From assembly GCA_963708075.1 (NCBI GenBank), contig OY970194.1:2720001-2784000 (forward strand): a stretch of DNA of 64,000 nucleotides, read 5' to 3'. Below, piece by piece: positions 29,670-39,994 of the stretch. Both the position numbers and the translations under genes were made by a program. Position 1 is the first letter of the stretch; each line of letters opens with the position of its first letter. The DNA comes from Sedimentisphaerales bacterium. Its GTDB lineage: Bacteria > Planctomycetota > Phycisphaerae > Sedimentisphaerales > Anaerobacaceae. The notes beneath the pieces are model-generated. The model saw only the letters and a list, made by a program, of their open reading frames with translations. It did not search any database and had not been told where the DNA came from.

Positions 29670-31964
29670 ATGCCGGATGCTTACCGGACAGCTTTCACGG
29701 TGTTCCTGACCGTGTGCGCTGCGGCTGTCTTGCCGGGCCTGGCATCGGCACAGCCGGGGCAGGCCATTTGGGAGTACCCGGCGAGGCTGCTGGACGCTCA
29801 CGGTGCGGCCGGCAGTTGCTGGCGGGGCATGGACACAGCCGGCAACTGGCTGGATCCGAAATCGGAACTCGGGGCCCCGGTGGTGCCACACGACTGGCTG
29901 GTGGGCCCGCCGCCGTCCGAACTCTCGGCCGTGACGATCCCGGAAGACCATTGGGTGCACCTGACCTTCCCAGGCCGGATCGCCGACTCCGAGGGGGCGG
30001 ATCTCCTCCTTTTGGAATCCGGCACGATGGGCGAGCAGGCCCTTGTATTCCTCACAGATGGGGCAGACCAGGAATATGTGATCGCCCTGGCGGAGGCCGA
30101 GTGGACCAATCGGCGGGACATTTCCCAAATCGGAATCGATCTTTCCGGTCGGCCGGTCCCGTTCGTGGCACGCGGTATCCGTATCGTGGGCATCGATCTG
30201 GGCGGTGGATCACCCGGATTCGATCTGGCGAGCGCCCAAGCCCAAGTCTCACGCGAGTGCGGGCCCAAGGCCTCCTGCCCGGATCCGCCAATCGGGGCCG
30301 CCGATATCGAGCCTGATGTCCGACTGAGCTGGATCCCGGCCTGTGCCGCAGGCGAGCAGCAAATCTACTTGAGCACCGTGGAATCGCAAGTCAGATCGGC
30401 AGCGGCCGAGGCCCTTCTCGCCGTCCAGCCGGCCGAGACAGATGGCCTCCAGCCCCACGTCGAGTTGGGCAAGACGTACTATTGGCGAGTGGACACCGCC
30501 GCGCCCGTAGATGCCAACCTCTTCTACCCCGGCGACGTGTGGTCGTTCACCGTGGCGGATCACCTGGTCATCGACGACTTTGGGACCTATCCCGATAGTG
30601 AATCCCTGCAGGACTCCTGGAAATGTCCGAGCTTGTCTGCGGTGTATCTCGGAGCCGCAGGTTCGCAGACATGCGACTTCTTCATAGGTTTTGACTACTT
30701 CTACGATGCGGCCAGTTGGCCTTTTGTGTTCCGTCTGCCGAATCCGCCGCAGGACTGGACGCGGGCGGGAGCGAAAGTCCTGCAGGTCCTTCTGCGAGGA
30801 GACCTGCCGGACCCCGCCAGCGGCGACCTGTTCATCAGCCTCGCCGACGGCACCCATGAACAGATCGTGTACTACGCTGGGTCGAGGAGCATTGGCGACA
30901 GCCCGGACTGGTATCCATGGCGAATTGCGCTGGATGATTTCAACCACGTCGATCTGTCGCATGTCCGAGGCATGATGATTGGCATTCATCCCAAGTCAGT
31001 CGAAGCAGGCCAGTCCTACAGCGGTGTCATCAGCATCACGGATATCAGCCTGTATCCCACCCTGTGTCTCCAGGATCAACGACCCGCAGCGGACCTCAAT
31101 GGCGATTGTGTCGTGGACTACCGGGACGTGGAGCAGATGGCGGCCAACTGGCTGGGCACACGTGTCCGCTCGTACGCCGTGGCGGAGCCGAACGATCCGG
31201 TACTCTGGTACCCATTCGACGGCAACGCCAACGACAACGCGGACACAGCGCACGGCCAAGTCCAGGGCAGAGCCACCTACGCGCCGGGCGCCCATGGCCA
31301 GGCCATCCGTTTCTCCTACCAAGGCGACGCCGTGACTATCCCGGACGCCCCACGCGTCTTCGCTGGGATCAGGGAAGCGATTACGATTGCGTTCTGGCAA
31401 TACGGCGAAGACTCCTCGCACCTGAATGACACGATCTGCTGCTCGAATTATGAGTACGGCAAGTCGAATCCGGCAATCTCCGTCCATCTCGGCTGCTGGC
31501 AAAATCCGGGGCAGTATCGCTGGGACTGCGGTTCTCCCTGGTCCATGGAGAACCGCCTCGCCGGTCGGCACCGCGACAAGAAGGAATGGACGGGCCGATG
31601 GAACCACTGGGTATTCACCAAGGACACCCGCCGCGGCGTCGACGGCCGGAGAGGCCGAATGGAGATCTACCTCAACGGCGAATTGTACGACAGCCGCATC
31701 GGCACCGACTCGCCGATCACGGACATCACATCATTTGAGATCGGCACCGGCTGGTACGGCCGCTATGACGGTCTGATCGACGATTTCCGCATCTACGACT
31801 ATGCCCTCTCGCCCGCCGAGGCCGCCTGGCTGACCACCAACGGCACCGGAACCATCGAGGACCCAACCGCCTCCCCCGCCGATCTCAATACGTCCGACCG
31901 CGTCGATCTCCGCGACTTCGCCCTCCTGGCCACTCACTGGCTCGAAGACACCCTCTGGCCGTAG
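29670..31964 (+). CDS. Secreted LamG-like jellyroll protein with dockerin-like repeats
   Basis: Signal peptide; LGKTYYWRVD..GDVWSFTV; ADLNGDCVVDYRDV; WNHWVF, GLIDDFRIYDYALS; terminal ADLNTSDRVDLRDFALLATHWL. Confidence 0.85.
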   Translation: MPDAYRTAFTVFLTVCAAAVLPGLASAQPGQAIWEYPARLLDAHGAAGSCWRGMDTAGNWLDPKSELGAPVVPHDWLVGPPPSELSAVTIPEDHWVHLTFPGRIADSEGADLLLLESGTMGEQALVFLTDGADQEYVIALAEAEWTNRRDISQIGIDLSGRPVPFVARGIRIVGIDLGGGSPGFDLASAQAQVSRECGPKASCPDPPIGAADIEPDVRLSWIPACAAGEQQIYLSTVESQVRSAAAEALLAVQPAETDGLQPHVELGKTYYWRVDTAAPVDANLFYPGDVWSFTVADHLVIDDFGTYPDSESLQDSWKCPSLSAVYLGAAGSQTCDFFIGFDYFYDAASWPFVFRLPNPPQDWTRAGAKVLQVLLRGDLPDPASGDLFISLADGTHEQIVYYAGSRSIGDSPDWYPWRIALDDFNHVDLSHVRGMMIGIHPKSVEAGQSYSGVISITDISLYPTLCLQDQRPAADLNGDCVVDYRDVEQMAANWLGTRVRSYAVAEPNDPVLWYPFDGNANDNADTAHGQVQGRATYAPGAHGQAIRFSYQGDAVTIPDAPRVFAGIREAITIAFWQYGEDSSHLNDTICCSNYEYGKSNPAISVHLGCWQNPGQYRWDCGSPWSMENRLAGRHRDKKEWTGRWNHWVFTKDTRRGVDGRRGRMEIYLNGELYDSRIGTDSPITDITSFEIGTGWYGRYDGLIDDFRIYDYALSPAEAAWLTTNGTGTIEDPTASPADLNTSDRVDLRDFALLATHWLEDTLWP

Positions 31965-32109
31965 CCACTTTACCATCTGCTGCCAAATGTTTGATTTCTG
32001 CCACGCTCTCGGGCATAATCCCCGACAAGAAAGGCTTGATCGAGTATCTTAATAGTTGTGGCCGGACCAGGGCGAGCCCAGCCACGCCACAGGGAGAAAT
32101 GCGGGAGCT

Positions 32110-33907
32110 ATGTACAGCAACTCATTAACACCATCGAGATTGTTCGCCATTGTTCTAGAGCTGTTCTCGGCGGCTGCTATGGTGACGTGGCTCGGCTTTC
32201 TGCTGGACGTGGACGAGACAGCGTTTGACGTTGGCGGATGGATCATACTTGGGTCCGCGCTGGGCTTCTTCATCCTGTCGATCTTGTTCTTTTGGCGGAT
32301 ACGGTGGGTCCGTGTCCTCACGTCCATCCTGCTCCACGTACTTGCCCTCGTTGCTATCATGGCCCTCCCATTCATCGCTCTGGCGGATGACCTGACCTTC
32401 TCGGAGAAGATGTCGGCCACCGCCCTGATCCTCCTGGCCGTAGGGCAACTTACTGTCGGCATCCTCATTCTTCACAGCAACGCCATGAAGCACGATCTGA
32501 CGGGTGCCCCATTGCCGCAGGCAGTCAAGCATAGGAAACACACGGGCGTTCTTTTCGCAACAGGCTGCGTGCTGCTGCTCCTCGCAGCGCCCGCCCGGTG
32601 GATTGTGCCGCTGCTCGTCGCCAAACCCACGATCTCCGTCGATTATCTCGCTCAGGCCAACGAGGCCATCAAACCCGCCGACTACGACCCGAATCGCAAC
32701 GCCGCCCCGCACTATGAGAAGCTCTTTTCCCAATTCACCCCTCTGCCCGAGATCCTCCAACACAAATTCAAGGCATGGCCCACCGAGCTCATCCTCAACG
32801 AATACGAAGCGATGAAGGCCTGGGCGCCGCTCAACGAACCCGCCCTACCAACGCTTGCCGAAGCGGTGAAATGCCCCTACTTGTGGCACGAGATGAAGTC
32901 GGAGGATGGCTCTTTGGTAGGCATTCAGAAGCCAGACCTGGATCCTGTCCGCAGTTGTGTACAGGGTTCTCATTCTCTTGGCGAAGTACAAGGCGAGTCG
33001 TGGTGACGTGGATGGAGCACTTCAGTTGCTCGCCGATGTGCACATGATCGGTGTTCATCACACTGCGGGCGCAGCGCTGCTCAGTCAGCTCACCGGTGCC
33101 GCCATCTGCAAGATCGCATACGACGCCATCTTTGCCATCATGGACCGCTGCCAGGTCAACAAGAAGATGCTCCGGCAGACCTTCGACGTGTATGCTTCCC
33201 GCCTGCCCCAGACCCGTGTGCCACGCTTCACAGAGGTGGAGCATCTGCTCTTGCACGACCACATGCAGCGTGTGTTTACCGACGATGGCGATGGCAACGG
33301 CAGGTTGATACCGGCCCTCATGTACGAATGGAAGAAGAAGGGCCGTGAGAGTCCGTACGGCAGTCCCATTTCGTTCCTCGATGCCGTCCGCGTCGGCCTG
33401 ACCCATCCAAGCCGAGAGGAAACGACACGACTGTCCGACGCCTATTACGCTGTCGTGAAGGGCCTGGTCGGGCAGAGCCCGTGGGATTTGCACGCACAGG
33501 ACACCTGTTGTTATGAAATCATCGATGAACTTCTCTCAGAGAACTACTACCTTCACGATCTGGCCGTCCCCATCGCCGACTGTATTGACATCGGTTGGCA
33601 AGACAGAGCCCACGGCGAAGGAGTGGTGACCGTGCTGGCGATCCTCGCCTACAGGACACAGGAGGAACGCCTGCCGGGGTCGCTCGAGCAACTGGTGGCG
33701 GCGGGCTTGCTGCAAGAGGTACCGATGGACCCGTATAGCAGCGGGCCGCTTGTTTATCAATTGACCGGCGAAGACTTCACCCTGTACAGCGTGGGCGAGG
33801 ACTTCGTCGATGACGAAGGCGTGCACTGTGAGTGGAACGATTGGGGCGGCGGAGATCATGTGTTCTGGCCGGTCCAGTACCCTGACGAGATCGAAGAAGG
33901 AGAGTAG
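32110..33907 (+). CDS. Hypothetical membrane protein with GspG-like C-terminal motif (frameshift near 32960)
   Basis: ORF 32056..33006 (about 5 TM, NAAPHYEK) continues into ORF 32957..33907 (LPGSLEQLV..PMDPYSSGPLVY..FTLYSVGEDFVDD). Confidence 0.7.
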
Positions 33908-33909
33908 CC

Positions 33910-35763
33910 ATGAGACGATTACAGGCCAAGGAGTTGCGGATCAGTATGGCGGCATTGTTGGTGCTTCTGGTATCGGTGGGCGTGACCTCAGGACAGGCGG
34001 CGGATGATTCGACGCCGCCGGTGGTGGCTCACTTTCATCTTAGCGGCGCGTTGCGCGAGTCGCCTGTGGCCGATCCGTTCGGCCTGATGGCGGGAGAGTT
34101 GACGTCCCTCAAGGACCTCGTGCGGCGGATGGACCGGGCCGGGGCCGACAGCAAGGTGAAAGCCGTGATCCTGACCTTCGGCGGCATGCAATTCGGGCTC
34201 GGACAACTGGAGGAGGTCCGGGGAGCCATCGAACGCGTCAAGACCGCCGGCAAGAAAGTGTACGTATATGCCGAAGCCATGGACACCCGCACGTATGCCC
34301 TGCTCTGCGCGGGCAATCGCCTAAGCGTCGCGCCGCAGTCGTCCCTGTGGCTGACGGGCATCTACGGGCAATCGGTCCACGTGAAGGGCCTGCTGGACAA
34401 GATCGGGGTCCAGGCGGACTACCTGCACATGGGCGATTACAAGTCCGCCGCCGAGATGTTGACGCGAACAGAGCCCAGTGCTGCAGCGGAGGAGAACCTG
34501 AACTGGATCCTCGACGGTTTCTATGGCTCGCTCGTGGACATGATCGCCAAATCGCGGGGCAAGAAGCCGGAGGAGATTCGCGACCTGATCGATCATGGCC
34601 CGTACCTCGCCGACCAGGCCCTTCAGAAGGGACTGATCGACGCCGTGGAGCCGAGGGAGGAGTTCCTGACCTACGTCCGTGAGGAGTTGGGGGGACAGAT
34701 GGCAGTGAGCAACCGCTACGGTCGAGAGGAACGGGCGGCGATCAATCTCACCAGCCCGCTTGCGATCTTCTCCCTCCTGTCCGAGATGTTCAAGACCTCG
34801 ACGGCGTCGCAGAAAGATGCGGTGGCGTTGATCTACGTCGAGGGCCCCATTCTGCCCGGACACAGTCAACCCAGCCTGTTTGGAGCGTTCAACGCCGCCT
34901 TCAGCGGGGATATCCAGAAAGCCCTGGAGAAGGCGGCGGAAATCGACTCAGTCAAAGCCATCGTCATGCGTGTCGATTCGCCCGGCGGCTCGGCCGAGGC
35001 CAGCGAGGTCATACTGAACACCGCCCGGCGAGTAGGGACGAAGAAGCCGCTGATCGTATCCATGGGCGACGTTGCGGGCAGCGGCGGCTACTATGTGTCG
35101 TGCGGTGCGGATGCCATTTTTGCCGATGAATCCACGATCACCGCCTCCATCGGCGTCGTCGGCGGCAAGCTCGTGACGACCGACATGTGGGGCAAGCTCG
35201 GCGTGAACTGGGTCGGCTATAAGCGTGGCGCCAACGCGGACCTGCTCAGCAGTGCCCGGCCTTTCAGCGATTCGCAGCGGCAGGTGATCCACAATTACAT
35301 GCAGCAGGTGTACGAGACGTTCAAGGGCCACGTGGTGAAAGGCCGGGGCGACAAGCTCCGCAAGCCCATCGACGAAATCGCCGGCGGCCGCGTCTTCACC
35401 GGCAAACAGGCCCTGGACCTGGGGCTGGTCGATCAGATCGGCGGACTGCAGCAGGCGATTGACTACGCTGCTGCAAAGGTATCGCTCAAGGACTACGAGA
35501 TCCGCGTGCTCCCCGAGCCCAAGGATTTCTTCACGCTGCTCATGGACCAGTATTCCGGCGAGGGCGAGCAACCCACAGACGTCACCCTGTCGGGCGCAAT
35601 AAATCCGTTCGCCAGCGACCCGACGCTCGCGCGCCTGCTGAGCCTGTTGCGAAAGACGGAGCCCCAGCACGCCGCGGCCCTGACCCAGGCCCTCCAGCGT
35701 ATCGATCTCCTCCGCCGCGAAAACGTGATCCTGATGATGCCCTTTGACATGGTCCTACAATAG
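33910..35763 (+). CDS. sppA: Signal peptide peptidase SppA (S49, two-domain)
   Basis: GDYKSAAE, RVDSPGGS, SMGDVAGSGGYY, TITASIGV, GRVFTGKQA. Confidence 0.92.
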   Translation: MRRLQAKELRISMAALLVLLVSVGVTSGQAADDSTPPVVAHFHLSGALRESPVADPFGLMAGELTSLKDLVRRMDRAGADSKVKAVILTFGGMQFGLGQLEEVRGAIERVKTAGKKVYVYAEAMDTRTYALLCAGNRLSVAPQSSLWLTGIYGQSVHVKGLLDKIGVQADYLHMGDYKSAAEMLTRTEPSAAAEENLNWILDGFYGSLVDMIAKSRGKKPEEIRDLIDHGPYLADQALQKGLIDAVEPREEFLTYVREELGGQMAVSNRYGREERAAINLTSPLAIFSLLSEMFKTSTASQKDAVALIYVEGPILPGHSQPSLFGAFNAAFSGDIQKALEKAAEIDSVKAIVMRVDSPGGSAEASEVILNTARRVGTKKPLIVSMGDVAGSGGYYVSCGADAIFADESTITASIGVVGGKLVTTDMWGKLGVNWVGYKRGANADLLSSARPFSDSQRQVIHNYMQQVYETFKGHVVKGRGDKLRKPIDEIAGGRVFTGKQALDLGLVDQIGGLQQAIDYAAAKVSLKDYEIRVLPEPKDFFTLLMDQYSGEGEQPTDVTLSGAINPFASDPTLARLLSLLRKTEPQHAAALTQALQRIDLLRRENVILMMPFDMVLQ

Positions 35764-35764
35764 C

Positions 35765-36328
35765 ATGAGGATTGAGAGGCGACTGCCCACAATTCACGTC
35801 AGGTTTCCCTTTGAAGCATACATCCACCTGATCTTGGATGTGTTGCCGCCAAGTGATTTGATTGGCATACGTGAAATACGAGTGGTCGAGATATTCTCCG
35901 ACAACGACCCATCCGACAAGACGCTTGGCTGCTATTATCCTGGCAAGACCACACGGGATGGAGTCATCGAGGTTCATTTGCCAAACATACTCAAACATAT
36001 CGCTCACGAGTGCACATTCTGGCTTCATCCTGAGATTGCAGCCTACAAGATCTCACCGACGTTGTGCCACGAGGTTGGCCATCATGCCCACCACGCGTGG
36101 CGGCACGGTGTCCAGAAGCCGCAAAGAGAGGTGTTTGCAAAGATATATGCCCGTGCCGGAGCGTTCGCATACCTCAAGTCACGTTCGTCCAAGATTCTTT
36201 CCTCGTACAGATGGGCAGGTTGGGACGTTTTGTCCTATGGCTTCAAGGGTATCCGCTATTGGGGCGAGGCGCGTTGCGAATTGGTCCAGTGGCTGGCCGA
36301 CAACGAGAACGGCATCAAGTTCCCTTAG
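35765..36328 (+). CDS. Hypothetical zincin-like protein
   Basis: LGCYYP...TLCHEVGHH (HExxH) and a downstream Glu. Confidence 0.6.
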   Translation: MRIERRLPTIHVRFPFEAYIHLILDVLPPSDLIGIREIRVVEIFSDNDPSDKTLGCYYPGKTTRDGVIEVHLPNILKHIAHECTFWLHPEIAAYKISPTLCHEVGHHAHHAWRHGVQKPQREVFAKIYARAGAFAYLKSRSSKILSSYRWAGWDVLSYGFKGIRYWGEARCELVQWLADNENGIKFP

Positions 36329-36502
36329 GTAGCAGCCTGGAACGCGCGCCATACACCGGAACAACATGGCAAGAAGTGGAAAGGTGAACGATGGAGCGAT
36401 ACGAGCAAATACGACCGGATCAAGAAGATTGAGGACGAAGTCTGGGTTTGGAGCTCGATGAACTAGAAACGAGATGCGTTCGCAGCGAGTCTTCGTGAGG
36501 GA

Positions 36503-36889
36503 ATGGTCGCTATTCATCCGCTCGTCGTGGTTGGGATTGGCTATACGGCGGGGGTCCTGTTCTTCTTCGCGCGAGGACTGAAGCCGGGCGCACGCCGTGT
36601 GGCCTTTGTTCTGCTGGCTGCCGTCGTCCTGGGCAGTGCGATGGGGCTCGAGGCCAGAAGCTGGCCGGTCCGGTATGTGGTGGTCGGCATGGTGCTCATC
36701 ATCTTCCTGCTGCACGGCCTAGCCGCCGTGCTGACCCACCGCTTCAAGCCCACCGGCTGGCTCGTCGTCCCGGCCACCCTCTTTACATTTGCATTCAACA
36801 CCGCTTCGACGATACTGTTGTTCATCCCGATCAACGACCGGATTCCCTTCTACGTGAATGACGTTCCCGGATGGATGTATCTGTGGTAG
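36503..36889 (+). CDS. Hypothetical small membrane protein
   Basis: 128 aa, four hydrophobic segments, GAGG upstream. Confidence 0.55.
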   Translation: MVAIHPLVVVGIGYTAGVLFFFARGLKPGARRVAFVLLAAVVLGSAMGLEARSWPVRYVVVGMVLIIFLLHGLAAVLTHRFKPTGWLVVPATLFTFAFNTASTILLFIPINDRIPFYVNDVPGWMYLW

Positions 36890-36901
36890 AGAGGTGCAGG
36901 A

Positions 36902-37726
36902 GTGACTAACCGGTATGGCAGCGAAAACAAGGACGTCGGACACTACACGTGCCATCGGACCGCGGAAAGGATTGAGGTCGACGGACGACTGTCGGAGGCA
37001 TGCTGGCAACGGGCCGCGAAATCACCGCGATTTGTGGATATGGTGACCGGGGTGCCGGGGTTTCTGGATACGCGTGTGGCGGCACTGTGGGATGATGAGA
37101 ATCTCTACGTCGGCTTCTGGGTTGAGGAGCCTAATGTCCAGGCCCGGTTCACCGAGCGGGATTCCCCGGTGTACTTTGAGAACGACATCGAGGTCTTCAT
37201 CGCGGGGCAGGACTGCTACTACGAGTTCCAGATCAACGCCCGCGGGACCATCTATGAAGTTCTTTACATCTGGCAGGAGGCGTATGAGAAGGGAGGCTTT
37301 GTGGATAAGGCCGAGTTCAACCTGCTCACACACCCTGTCGATGTCCTCGGCGGCTTCCAGGACGCAACGCGATACAAGAAGCACCCGCGCGGCCGGCGCT
37401 GGGCCTTCATGGACTGGGATTTACCCGGGCTCAAGGCGGCCGTCCGCGTGGATGGGACATTGAACGACGATTCGGACGTGGACCGGGGCTGGACGGTCGA
37501 ACTGGCGTTTCCCTGGGCGGGGATGCGGACGCTGGCGCAGGGCCGTGCTGTGCCGCCGCGAGACGGGGACATCTGGCGGATGGATTTCTACCGTTTCGAG
37601 GCCCTGCCCTACAACGGCCGGGTGACAGACCCATCCATCGGCTGGTCCTTCAACAAGCACGGCGTGTACGACTCCCACATCCCCGAGTGCTTCCCCTATG
37701 TGCATTTCTCTCACAATGAGGTATAG
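36902..37726 (+). CDS. Carbohydrate-binding family 9-like protein
   Basis: IEVDGRLSE..W, LWDDENLYVGF, ENDIEVFI, YYEFQIN, WTVELAFPW, WRMDF. Confidence 0.85.
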   Translation: MTNRYGSENKDVGHYTCHRTAERIEVDGRLSEACWQRAAKSPRFVDMVTGVPGFLDTRVAALWDDENLYVGFWVEEPNVQARFTERDSPVYFENDIEVFIAGQDCYYEFQINARGTIYEVLYIWQEAYEKGGFVDKAEFNLLTHPVDVLGGFQDATRYKKHPRGRRWAFMDWDLPGLKAAVRVDGTLNDDSDVDRGWTVELAFPWAGMRTLAQGRAVPPRDGDIWRMDFYRFEALPYNGRVTDPSIGWSFNKHGVYDSHIPECFPYVHFSHNEV

Positions 37727-37749
37727 GTTAGACGATGGTGGAATCAAGC

Positions 37750-37994
37750 ATGGTGATAAGAACCGCCAAACCGGAGGACTTCGACAGCATTGTCCCTTTG
37801 CTGAAGCAACTGTGGCCTGCCAACCCGCTTGATCTGAAGGCTGCTCGCGAGATCTTCGACAGGGGTCTGCCAAACAGAGAGGATGCCGGCGGGTGGAGCT
37901 GGACTCGGGATTTCATCGCACTGCGGCCCACGGGTTCTATGAGAAGCGAGGCTTCGAGAAGCGGGCATTTCTGTTTTCCAAGGTGATTGAATGA
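37750..37994 (+). pseudogene. GNAT acetyltransferase remnant with internal deletion
   Basis: N-terminus MVIRTAKPEDFDSIVPLLKQL joins out of frame near 37870 to a GNAT C-terminus AKQRGCRRVELDSGFHRTAAHGFYEKRGF; the central acetyl-CoA-binding motif A is missing. Confidence 0.75.
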
Positions 37995-38071
37995 AGTAGA
38001 ATCGGCGGCGACGTGTGCTTGTCGGCACCCGATCAAGAAAGAATGAACAGTCGAAGGACCGGAGATCCGAG

Positions 38072-38776
38072 ATGCGAAGACTTTCCGTCATGTTGGCAGC
38101 AGCAATGCTGGTCGTGGCCTCGTGTGCGGTGGATCAGGAGAAGAACGCCGCAGAGCCGCCAGCAAATCAGGAACAGAAGGTCGAGGCGGGCGCGCCGATC
38201 CTGGTCCCACCGGGGCCCCTTGATGATGCGTGGAGCCGATGGCTTGTCGGCCAGTGGGAGTGCTCGGCGGAATCGGATATCCCCGGCTTCAAGAAGTGGG
38301 TCAAAGGCAGAGGGCAGATGAATGCGGAGCTGGGCTTGGGCGGGCAATTCCTGCTGATGCGCATGGAAGGCAAAATGACGCACCTCTCGGAGGAGTATCT
38401 CCAGTACCTCCGGCAGACCCTGCACGCTCCCGAGGCGGACATCCAGAGACTGCAGAACATGGCGTTTGGCAGCCTGGAGCTTCGCTCGATCGACCCCCAG
38501 ACCGGCCAAGTCACCGCCTATCTGTTCGATAGCTGGCGCTGCGTGGCCCAGGGAACAGGGATACGCAAAGGCAACACCGAAGTCATCGAATGGAAATGGT
38601 CGCTGGCCGGCGCAGGAACGTCCGTGCGAACCTCCGTGAGAGTGAATGACGACAGGATGGCCGTCACGGAGAGGTACACGCTGTCCGACGGCAGCATCAT
38701 GGAGGACAGGGCCCTGATGGTGCGAACGCGATCCGTGCCCGCGAGCAGCGGCGAGCTGGCCCTTCTCATAGAGTGA
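38072..38776 (+). CDS. Lipoprotein, DUF1579-like
   Basis: Lipobox VASC; WLVGQWE, LGGQFL, YLFDSW. Confidence 0.7.
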   Translation: MRRLSVMLAAAMLVVASCAVDQEKNAAEPPANQEQKVEAGAPILVPPGPLDDAWSRWLVGQWECSAESDIPGFKKWVKGRGQMNAELGLGGQFLLMRMEGKMTHLSEEYLQYLRQTLHAPEADIQRLQNMAFGSLELRSIDPQTGQVTAYLFDSWRCVAQGTGIRKGNTEVIEWKWSLAGAGTSVRTSVRVNDDRMAVTERYTLSDGSIMEDRALMVRTRSVPASSGELALLIE

Positions 38777-38858
38777 GCACAGCTCGCCGGCGATTCCGCC
38801 CCTGCTCGCGAGAACTCCATAGCCGCGAAAAATATTTCTCCAAGCCGCGAAAATCTGC

Positions 38859-38891
38859 TTGACCCGCGTATACATAGTTGTACTATGTATA
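38859..38891 (+). promoter_or_regulatory. padR promoter with palindromic operator
   Basis: TTGACC-16 bp-TACTAT, overlapped by the perfect inverted repeat TATACATAGT-tgt-ACTATGTATA (38869-38891). Confidence 0.7.
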
Positions 38892-38927
38892 GCAGCCATA
38901 GGTAAGCTGATTCGGGAGGTAAATACA

Positions 38928-39269
38928 GTGACAATCTCAAAAGATTTGGTTGCGGCATCGGCTACACCGATGATCCTGTCCATCCTTGCCGAGAGCGATA
39001 GTTACGGGTACGCCATCATCAAACGGGTGCGAGAGCTCTCCGGGGGCGGAATGGCCTGGACCGACGGCATGCTTTATCCCGTCCTGCACCGACTGGAAAA
39101 ACAGGGCTTGATCCAGTCCTATCTGGCCAAGAGTGAGTCAGGCCGGGCACGCAAGTACTATCGACTGAAGAAGAATGGCACGAAGGCCTTGGCCGAGCAA
39201 AGAAACCAGTGGTTGCTCGTGCACAATGCCCTGCAAAAGTTGTGGGAGAGCAAACCATGTTTGACGTAG
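38928..39269 (+). CDS. PadR family transcriptional regulator
   Basis: ILSILAESDSYGYAII, DGMLYPVLHRLE, RKYYRL; GGAGG RBS and GTG start. Confidence 0.93.
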   Translation: MTISKDLVAASATPMILSILAESDSYGYAIIKRVRELSGGGMAWTDGMLYPVLHRLEKQGLIQSYLAKSESGRARKYYRLKKNGTKALAEQRNQWLLVHNALQKLWESKPCLT

Positions 39270-39961
39270 AAAGGCAGATTGAGCAATGGCGGGCCGGCCT
39301 GGTCGGATCGGAGATGCTTGGCAATTCGACCGTCGATGAGTTGGAAAGCCACCTCCGAGAGGAAATGGGAGACTTGAAGGCATCGGGGCTGTCCGACGAG
39401 GAGGCGTTCTTCGTCTCGCGGCGTCGGCTCGGTGAGGTGGATGTTCTGGCGGCGGAGTTCGCCAAGGTCAATCCGGCCCGGCGTTTCGCCGGTAGATTCT
39501 TGTGGATGGCGATCGGCGTATTGGGCTACTTCCTCGTATTCCACCTGAGTGCGTGCGCCACCTACCCATCCGCGCTGCTCGGTTACGCCATCGGCCTGCG
39601 GAATCCCTATCTCGGTCTTCTCGTGTGTCTCACGTATGTGGCTGCCTTCGCGGGCATCGTCACACTCATGTGGCGATATCTCGCCGGCCGCTCATCCTCT
39701 GGGACGACCATGCGAGGAGCATCCAAAGCGGTATGGGTGGGCCTGTTCGCCGCGTGCGTCGCCGTAGCCCTCCATTGGATGGAAGTCTTCGGCAATCCCG
39801 TCATGGCCCGCATGATAACGCCCCAAGGCTTGCGTCAGGTGCTGATGGCACAAGCCTCGGTGTCCCTCTGTTGGGCCACATTGGCGCCGTTCCTCGTGGC
39901 TGGATTGATTGCCTTCCTCGCCCCGCGTGACCAGCGACGCGCCAAGATCTCGCAGGCATGA
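39257..39961 (+). CDS. Permease-prefix-domain-1 membrane protein (PadR partner)
   Basis: VDELESHLREE..GLSDEEAF..RRLG..LAAEFAKVN followed by TM helices; overlaps padR. Confidence 0.85.
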   Translation: MFDVERQIEQWRAGLVGSEMLGNSTVDELESHLREEMGDLKASGLSDEEAFFVSRRRLGEVDVLAAEFAKVNPARRFAGRFLWMAIGVLGYFLVFHLSACATYPSALLGYAIGLRNPYLGLLVCLTYVAAFAGIVTLMWRYLAGRSSSGTTMRGASKAVWVGLFAACVAVALHWMEVFGNPVMARMITPQGLRQVLMAQASVSLCWATLAPFLVAGLIAFLAPRDQRRAKISQA

Positions 39962-39994
39962 CCGTCACAGCCTGGGACTTGACCCGCGGTGACG

